Shown: positions 1 through 9,275 of the stretch, one piece after another
Numbering within the stretch: the stretch's first letter is position 1
How the letters are laid out: the number at the start of each line of letters is the position of its first letter
Source of the DNA: Antedon mediterranea
Taxonomy: Eukaryota; Animalia; Echinodermata
DNA: 64,000 bases
Direction of reading: 5' to 3'
Assembly (NCBI RefSeq): GCF_964355755.1
Contig: NC_092676.1
Location: forward strand, 13,130,771-13,194,770
The notes under the pieces: model-generated
Told to the model about the DNA's origin: nothing
Seen by the model: the letters and a program-made list of their open reading frames with translations, nothing else
The model's database searches: none
Program-made: the position numbers and the translations under genes

Positions 1-87
1 CGTTTTAGACCATTTTGAGCATTTCGATAAAACTTTTCACACAAAAACATCAAAGTGTACAAAATAGCTTCAAATCGCATTTGGAGA
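1..87 (+). repeat. Exemplar monomer class A (87 bp)
   Basis: Contains TTTCGATAAAACTTTTCACACAAAAACATCAAAGTG(T/C)ACAAAATAGCTTCAAATCGCATTT(G/A)GAGA; this is the commonest class by eye. Confidence 0.95.
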
Positions 88-165
88 CGTTTTAGACCAT
101 TTTGTGCATTTCGATGAAACTTGGTTACACAAAAACATCAAAGTGCTTAAAATCACATTTGAAAC
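88..165 (+). repeat. Exemplar monomer class B (78 bp, short form)
   Basis: Diagnostic GATG(A/G)AACTTGGTTACAC head and GTGCTTAAAATCACATTT(G/A)AAAC tail; anchors at 88 and 166. Confidence 0.95.
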
Positions 166-252
166 CGTTTTAGACCATTTTGAGCGTTTCGATAAAACTT
201 TTCACACAAATAAATCAGAGTGCACAAAATAGCTTCAAATCGCATTTGGAGA

Positions 253-340
253 CGTTTTAGACTATTTTGTGCATTTCGAAAAAATTTGTTAACATAAAAA
301 GACCAAAGTGTTTAGAATATCTCCAAATCGCATTTGGAGA
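253..340 (+). repeat. Exemplar monomer class C (88 bp)
   Basis: Diagnostic GAAAAAATTTGTTAACATAAAAAGACCAAAGTGTTTAGAATATCTCCAAAT; anchors at 253 and 341. It is the source of the recurring 'MCISKKFVNIKRPK' ORF start. Confidence 0.95.
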
Positions 341-505
341 CGTTTTAAACCATTTTGTGCATTTCGATGGAACTTGGTTACACAAAAACATCAAAGTGCT
401 TAAAATCACATTTAAAACCGTTTTAGAGCATTTTGAGCATTTCGATAAAACTTTTCACACAAAAACATCAAAGTGTACAAAATAGCTTCAAATCGCATTT
501 AGAGA

Positions 506-679
506 CGTTTTAGACCATTTTGTGCATTTTGATAAAACTTTTCACACAAAAACATCAAATTGCACAAAATAGCTTAATATTGTGTTTGAAAACGTTTTAA
601 ACCATTTTGAGCATGTCGATAAAACTTTTCACACAAAAATATCAAAGTGCCCAGAATATCTTCAAATCGCATTTAGAGA
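506..679 (+). repeat. Exemplar D+E monomer pair (87+87 bp)
   Basis: D ends AAATTGCACAAAATAGCTTAATA(T/C)(C/T)GTGTTTGAAA and E begins AACCATTTTGAGCATGTCG; anchors at 506, 593 and 680. Confidence 0.92.
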
Positions 680-3600
680 CGTTTTAGACCATTTTGTGCA
701 TTTCGAAAAAATTTGTTAACATAAAAAGACCAAAGTGTTTAGATTATCTCCAAATCGCATTTGGAGACGTTTTAGACCATTTTGTGTTTTTCGAAAAAAC
801 TTTTCACACAAAAACATCAAAGTGTACAAAATTGCTTCAAATCGCATTTAGAGAGGTTTTAGACCATTTTGTGCATTTCGATAAAACTTTTCACACAAAA
901 ACATCAAAGTGCACAGAATATCTTAATACCGTGTCTGAAATCGTTTTAAACCATTTTGAGCATGTCGATAAAACTTTTCACACAAAAACATCAAAGTGCA
1001 CAGAATATCTTCAAATCGCATTTAGAGACGTTTTAGACCATTTTGTGCATTTCGAAAAAATTTGTTAACATAAAAAGACCAAAGTGTTTAGAATATCTCC
1101 AAATCGCATTTGGAGACGTTTTAGACCATTTTGTGCATTTCGATGAAACTTGGTTACACAAAAACATCAAAGTGCTTAAAATCACATTTGAAACCGTTTT
1201 AGAGCATTTTGGGCATTTCGATAAAACTTTTCACACAAAAACATCAAAGTGTACAAAATAGCTTCAAATCACATTTGAAACCGTTTTAGACCATTTTGAG
1301 CATTTCGATAAAACTTTTCACACAAAAACATCAAAGTGTATAGAATAGCTTCAAATCGCATTTGGAGACGTTTTAGACCATTTTGTGCATTTCGATGAAA
1401 CTTGGTTACACAAAAACATCAAAGTGCTTAAAATCACATTTGAAACCGTTTTAGAGCATTTTTAACATTTCGATAATACTTTTCACACAAAAACATCAAA
1501 GTGTACAAAATAGCTTCAAATCGCATTTGGAGACGTTTTAGACCATTTTGTGCATTTCGATGAAACTTGGTAACACAAAAACATCAAAGTGCTTAAAATC
1601 ACATTTGAAACCGTTTTAGAGCATTTTGAGCATTTCGATAAAACTTTTCACACAAAAAAATCAAAGTGCACAAAATAGCTTCAAATCGCATTTGGAGAGG
1701 TTTTAGACCATATTGTGCATTTCGTTAAAACTTTTCACACAAAAACATCAAAGTGTACAAAATAGCTTCAAATCGCATTTAGAGACGTTTTAGACCATTT
1801 TGTGCATTTCGATGAAACTTGGTTACACAAAAACATCAAAGTGCTTAAAATCACATTTAAAACCGTTTTAGAGCGTTTTGAGCATTTCGATAAACTTTTT
1901 ACACAAAAACATCAAAGTGCACAAAATAGCTTCAAATCGCATTTAGAGATGTTTTAGACCATTTTTTGCATTTCGATAAAATTTTTCACACAAAAACATC
2001 AAATTGCACAAAATAGCTTAATACCGTGTTTGAAATCATTTTAAACCATTTTGAGCATGTCGATAAAACTTTTCACACAAAAACATCAAAGTGCACAGAA
2101 TATCTTCAAATCGCATTTAGAGACGTTTTAGACCATTTTGTGCATTTCGAAAAAATTTGTTAACATAAAAAGACAAAAGTGTTTAGAATATCTCCAAATC
2201 GCATTTGGAGACGTTTTAGACCATTTTGTGCATTTCGATGAAACTTGGTTACACAAAAACATCAAAGTGCTTAAAATCACATTTGAAACCGTTTTAGAGC
2301 ATTTTGAGCATTTCGATAAAACTTTTCACACAAAAACATCGAAGTGTACAAAATAGCTTCAAATCACATTTGAAACCGTTTTAGACCATTTTGAGCATTT
2401 CGATAAAACTTTTCACACAAAAACATCAAAGTGTACAAAATAGCTTCAAATCGCATTTGGAGACGTTTTAGACCATTTTGTGCATTTCGATGAAACTTGG
2501 TTACACAAAAACATCAAAGTGCTTAAAATCACATTTGAAACCGTTTTAGAGCATTTTTAGCATTTCGATAATACTTTTCACACAAAAACATCAAAGAGTA
2601 CAAAATAGCTTCAAATCGCATTTGGAGACGTTTTAGACCATTTTGTGCATTTCGATGAAACTTGGTTACACAAAAACATCAAAGTGCTTAAAATCACATT
2701 TGAAACCGTTTTAGACCATTTTGAGCATTTCGATAAAACTTTTCACACAAAAAAATCAAAGTGCACAAAATAGCTTCAAATCGCATTTGGGGACGTTTTA
2801 GACTATTTTGTGCATTTCGAAAAAATTTGTTAACATAAAAAGACCAAAGTGTTTAGAATATCTCCAAATCGCATTTGGAGACGTTTTAAACCATTTTGTG
2901 CATTTCGATGGAACTTGGTTACACAAAAACATCAAAGTGCTTAAAATCACATTTAAAACCGTTTTAGAGCATTTTGAGCATTTTGATAAAAATTTTCACA
3001 CAAAAACATCAAATTGCACAAAATAGCTTAATATTGTGTTTGAAAACGTTTTAAACCATTTTGAGCATGTCGATAAAACTTTTCACACAAAAATATCAAA
3101 GTGCCCAGAATATCTTCAAATCGCATTTAGAGACGTTTTAGACCATTTTGTGCATTTCGAAAAAATTTGTTAACATAAAAAGACCAAAGTGTTTAGATTA
3201 TCTCCAAATCGCATTTGGAGACGTTTTAGACCATTTTGTGTTTTTCGAAAAAACTTTTCACACAAAAACATCAAAGTGCTTAAAATCACATTTGAAACCG
3301 TTTTAGAGCATTTTGAGCATTTCGATAAAACTTTTCACACAAAAACATCAAAGTGTACAAAATAGCTTCAAATCACATTTGAAACCGTTTTAGACCATTT
3401 TGAGCATTTCGATAAAACTTTTCACACAAAAACATCAAAGTGTACAGAATAGCTTCAAATCGCATTTGGAGACGTTTTAGACCATTTTGTGCATTTCGAT
3501 GAAACTTGGTTACACAAAAACATCAAAGTGCTTAAAATCACATTTGAAACCGTTTTAGAGCATTTTTAACATTTCGATAATACTTTTCACACAAAAACAT

Positions 3601-4578
3601 CAAATTGCACAAAATAGCTTCAAATCACATTTGGAGACGTTTTAGACCATTTTGTGCATTTCGATGAAACTTGGTTACACAAAAACATCAAAGTGCTTAA
3701 AATCACATTTGAAACCGTTTTAGAGCATTTTGAGCATTTCGATAAAACTTTTCACACAAAAAAATCAAACTGCACAAAATAGCTTCAAATCGCATTTGGA
3801 GAGGTTTTAGACCATTTTGTGCATTTCGATAAAACTTTTCACACAAAAACATCAAAGTGTACAAAATAGCTTCAAATCGCATTTAGAGACGTTTTAGACC
3901 ATTTTGTGCATTTCGATAAAACTTTTCACACAAAAACATCAAATTGCACAAAATAGCTTAATATCGTGTTTGAAAACGTTTTAAACCATTTTGAGCATGT
4001 CGATAAAACTTTTCACACAAAAACATCAAAGTGCACAGAATATCTTCAAATCGCATTTAGAGACGTTTTAGACCATTTTGTGCATTTCGAAAAAATTTGT
4101 TAACATAAAAAGACCAAAGTGTTTAGAATATCTCCAAATCGCAATTTGAGACGTTTTAGACCATTTTGTGCATTTCGATGAAACTTGGTTACACAAAAAC
4201 ATCAAAGTGCTTAAAATCACATTTGAAACCGTTTTAGAGCATTTTGAGCATTTCGATAAAACTTTTCACACAAAAACATCAAAGTGTACAAAATAGCTTC
4301 AAATCACATTTGAAACCGTTTTAGACCATTTTGAGCATTTCGATAAAACTTTTCACACAAAAACATCAAAGTGTACAAAATAGCTTCAAATCGCATTTGG
4401 AGACGTTTTAGACCATTTTGTGCATTTCGATGAAACTTGGTTACACAAAAACATCAAAGTGCTTAAAATCACATTTGAAACAGTTTTAGACCATTTTGAG
4501 CATTTCGATAAAACTTTTCACACAAAAAAATCAAAGTGCACAAAATAGCTTCAAATCGCATTTGGGGACGTTTTAGAC

Positions 4579-7500
4579 TATTTTGTGCATTTCGAAAAAA
4601 TTTGTTAACATAAAAAGACCAAAGTGTTTAGAATATCTCCAAATCGCATTTGGAGACGTTTTAAACCATTTTGTGCATTTCGATGGAACTTGGTTACACA
4701 AAAACATCAAAGTGCTTAAAATCACATTTAAAACCGTTTTAGAGCATTTTTAGCATTTCGATAAAACTTTTCACACAAAAACATCAAAGTGTACAAAATA
4801 GCTTGAAATCGCATTTGGAGACGTTTTATACCATTTTGTGCATTTCGATGAAACTTGGTTACACAAAAACATGAAATTGCTTAAAATCACATTTGAAACC
4901 GTTTTAGACCATTTTGAGCATTTCGATAAAACTTTTCACACAAAAAAAATCAAAGTGCACAAAATAGCTTCAAATCGCATTTGGAGACGTTTTAGACTAT
5001 TTTGTGCATTTTGAACAAATTTGTTAACATAAAAAGACCAAAGTGTTTAGAATATCTCCAAATCGCATTTGGAGACGTTTTAAACCATTTTGTGCATTTC
5101 GATGGAACTTGGTTACACAAAAACATCAAAGTGCTTAAAATCACATTTAAAACCGTTTTAGAGCATTTTGAGCATTTCGATAAAACTTTTCACACAAAAA
5201 CATCAAATTGCACAAAATAGCTTAATACCGTGTTTGAAATCGTTTTAAACCATTTTGAGCATGTCGATAAAACTTTACACAAAAAAACATCAAAGTGCAC
5301 AGAATAGCTTCAAATCGCATTTGGAGACGTTTTAAACCATTTTGTGCATTTCAATAAAACTTTTCACATAAAAACAACAAAGTGTACAAAATAGCTTCAA
5401 ATCGCATTTAGAGACGTTTTAGACCATTTTGGGCATTTCGATGAAACTTGGTTACACAAATACATAAAAATGCTTAAAATCACATTTCAAACCGTTTTAG
5501 AGCATTTTGAGCATTTCGATAAAACTTTTCACACAAAAACATCAAAGTGCACAAATAGCTTCAAATCGCATTTAGAGATGTTTTAGACCATTTTGTGCAA
5601 TTCGATAAAACTTTTCACACAAAAACATCAAATTGCACAAAATAGCTTAATATCGTGTTTGAAAACGTTTTAGACCATTTTGAGCATGTCGATAAAACTT
5701 TTCACACAAAAACATAAAAGTGAACAGAATAGCTTCAAATTGCATTTGGAGACGTTTTAGAGCATTTTGTGCATTTCGATAAAATGTGTTAACATAAAAA
5801 GACCAAAGTGTTTAGAATATCTTCAAATCACATTTGGAGACGTTTTAGACCATTTTTTGCATTTCGATGAAACTTGGTTACACAAAAACATCAAAGTGCT
5901 TAAAATCACATTTAAAACCGTTTTAGAGCATTTTGAGCATTTCGATAAAACTTTTCACACAAAAACATCAAAGTGTACAAAATAGCTTCAAATCGCATTT
6001 AGAGAGGTTTTAGACTATTTTGTGCATTTCGATAAAACTTTTCACACAAAAACATCAAAGTGTACAAAATAACTTCAAATCGTATTTAGAGACGTTTTAG
6101 ACCATTTTGTGCATTTTGATAAAACTTTTCACACAAAAACATCAAATTGCACAAAATAGCTTAATATCGTGTTTGAAAACGTTTTAAACCATTTTGAGCA
6201 TGTCGATAAAACTTTTCACACACAAATATCAAAGTGCACAGAATATCTTCAAATCGCATTTAGAGACGTTTTAGACCATTTTGTGCATTTCGAAAAAATT
6301 TGTTAACATAAAAAGACCAAAGTGTTTAGAATATCTCCAAGTCGCATTTGGAGACGTTTTAGACCATTTTGTGTTTTTCGAAAAAACTTTTCACACAAAA
6401 ACATCAAAGTGTACAAAATTCCTTCAAATCGCATTTGGAGACGTTTTAGACCATTTTATGATTTTCGAAAAACTTTTCACACAAAAACATCAAAGTGTAG
6501 AAAATTGCTTCAAATCGCATTTAGAGATGTTTTAGAGCATTTTGTGCATTTCGAAAAAATTTGTTAACATAAAAAGACCAAAGTGTTTAGAATATCTCCA
6601 AATCGCATTTGGAGACGTTTTAGACCATTTTGTGCATTTCGATGACACTTGGTTACACAAAAACATCAAAGTGCTTAAAATCACATTTAAAACCGTTTTA
6701 GAGCGTTTTGAGCATTTCGATAAACTTTTCAAACAAAAACATCAAAGTGTACAAAATAGCTTCAAATCGTATTTGGAGACGTTTTAGACCATTTTGTGCG
6801 TTTCGATGAATCTTGGTTACACAAAAACATCAAAGTGCTTAAAATCAAATTTAAAACCGTTTTAGTGCATTTTGAGCATTTCGATAAAACTTTTCACACA
6901 AAAACATCAAAGTGCACAAAATAGCTTCAAATCGCATTTAGAGATGTTTTAGACCATTTTGTGCGTTTCGATAAAACTTTTCACACAAAAACATCAAATT
7001 GCACAAAATAGCTTAATATCGTGTTTGAAAACGTTTTAGACCATTTTGAGCATGTCGATAAAACTTTTCACACAAAAACATAAAAGTGCACAGAATAGCT
7101 TCAAATCGCATTTGGAGACGTTTTAGACCATTTTGTGCATTTCGAAAAAACTTTTTAACATAAAAACACCAAAGTGCTTAGAATAGCTTCAAATCGCATT
7201 TGGAGACGTTTTAGACCATTTTGTGCATTTCGATGAAACTTGGTTACACAAAAACATCAAAGTGCTTAAAATCACATTTGAAACCGTTTTAGAGCATTTT
7301 GAGCATTTCGATAAAACTTTTCACACAAAAACATCAAAGTGTACAATATAGCTTCAAATCACATTTGAAACCGTTTTAGACCATTTTGAGCATTTCGATA
7401 AAACTTTTCACACAAAAACATCAAAGTGTACAAAATAGCTTCAAATCGCATTTGGAGACGTTTTAGACCATTTTGTGCATTTCGATGAAACTTGGTTACA

Positions 7501-8713
7501 CAAAAACATCAAAGTGCTTAAAATCACATTTGAAACCGTTTTAGACCATTTTGAGCGTTTCGATAAAACTTTTCACACAAATAAATCAGAGTGCACAAAA
7601 TAGCTTCAAATCACATTTGGAGACGTTTTAGACTATTTTGTGCATTTCGAAAAAATTTGTTAACATAAAAAGACCAAAGTGTTTAGAATATCTCCAAATC
7701 GCATTTGGAGACGTTTTAAACCATTTTGTGCATTTCGATGGAACTTGGTTACACAAAAACATCAAAGTGCTTAAAATCACATTTAAAACCGTTTTAGAGC
7801 ATTTTGAGCATTTCGATAAAACTTTTCACACAAAAACATCAAAGTGTACAAAATAGCTTCAAATCGCATTTAGAGACGTTTTAGACCATTTTGTGCATTT
7901 TGATAAAACTTTTCACACAAAAACATCAAATTGCACAAAATAGCTTAATATTGTGTTTGAAAACGTTTTAAACCATTTTGAGCATGTCGATAAAACTTTT
8001 CACACAAAAATATCAAAGTGCCCAGAATATCTTCAAATCGCATTTAGAGACGTTTTAGACCATTTTGTGCATTTCGAAAAAATTTGTTAACATAAAAAGA
8101 CCAAAGTGTTTAGATTATCTCCAAATCGCATTTGGAGACGTTTTAGACCATTTTGTGTTTTTCGAAAAAACTTTTCACACAAAAACATCAAAGTGTAAAA
8201 AATTGCTTCAAATCGCATTTAGAGAGGTTTTAGACCATTTTGTGCATTTCGATAAAACTTTTCACACAAAAACATCAAAGTGCACAGAATATCTTAATAC
8301 CGTGTCTGAAATCGTTTTAAACCATTTTGAGCATGTCGATAAAACTTTTCACACAAAAACATCAAAGTGCACAGAATATCTTCAAATCGCATTTAGAGAC
8401 GTTTTAGACCATTTTGTGCATTTCGAAAAAATTTGTTAACATAAAAAGACCAAAGTGTTTAGAATATCTCCAAATCGCATTTGGAGACGTTTTAGACCAT
8501 TTTGTGCATTTCGATGAAACTTGGTTACACAAAAACATCAAAGTGCTTAAAATCGCATTTGAAACCGTTTTAGAGCATTTTGAGCATTTCGATAAAACTT
8601 TTCACACAAAAACATCAAAGTGTACAAAATAGCTTCAAATCACATTTGAAACCGTTTTAGACCATTTTGAGAATTTCGATAAAACTTTTCACACAAAAAC
8701 ATCAAAGTGTACA
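4579..8713 (+). repeat. ~4.1 kb higher-order module, copy 1
   Basis: Ordered rare markers: ACATGAAATTG, AAACTTTACAC, AAAACAACAA, AATACATAAAAATGC, GTGAACAG, GATGACACTTGG, GATGAATCTTGG, AAACACCAAAG, TAAATCAGAG. ORF-track starts 5767, 6281, 6542, 7638, 8065 and 8414 all recur at +13482. Confidence 0.88.
7119..7206 (+). repeat. Rare monomer class F (88 bp); other copies start at ~20601, 27152, 30953, 47837, 53106
   Basis: Diagnostic AAAAAACTTTTTAACATAAAAACACCAAAGTGCTTAGAATAGCTTC. Confidence 0.9.
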
Positions 8714-9275
8714 GAATAGCTTCAAATCGCATTTGGAGACGTTTTAGACCATTTTGTGCATTTCGATGAAACTTGGTTACACAAAAACATCAAAGTGCTT
8801 AAAATCACATTTGAAACCGTTTTAGAGCATTTTTAACATTTCGATAATACTTTTCACACAAAAACATCAAAGTGTACAAAATAGCTTCAAATCGCATTTG
8901 GAGACGTTTTAGACACATTTTGTGCATTTCGATGAAACTTGGTTACACAAAAACATCAAAGTGCTTAAAATCACATTTGAAACCGTTTTAGAGCATTTTG
9001 AGCATTTCGATAAAACTTTTCACACAAAAAAATCAAAGTGCACAAAATAGCTTCAAATCGCATTTGGAGAGGTTTTAGACCATTTTGTGCATTTCGATAA
9101 AACTTTTCACACAAAAACATCAAAGTGTACAAAATAGCTTCAAATCGCATTTAGAGACGTTTTAGACCATTTTGTGCATTTCGAAAAAAATTGTTAACAT
9201 AAAAAGACCAAAGTGTTTAGAATATCTCCAAATCGCATTTGGAGACGTTTTAAACCATTTTGTGCATTTCGATGG

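Noticed and set aside
320-350. Hairpin followed by a T-run as an intrinsic terminator
   Set aside because: The stem is AT-rich, the T-run is only 4 nt and offset from the stem, it recurs in every C monomer, and there is no upstream gene.
694-1068. 29-aa Cys/His periodicity (KC...F...LDHFVH, DKTFHTKTS) resembling a C2H2 zinc-finger array
   Set aside because: There is no C-x2-4-C pair, the His spacing is H-x2-H rather than H-x3-5-H, there is no TGEKP-type linker, and most monomers carry an in-frame stop. A profile-HMM search would be expected to be negative.
4941-5560. Single-base length changes in A/T runs (e.g. extra A at ~4949, missing A at ~5553)
   Set aside because: Isolated homopolymer indels cannot be distinguished from sequencing or consensus error without reads.
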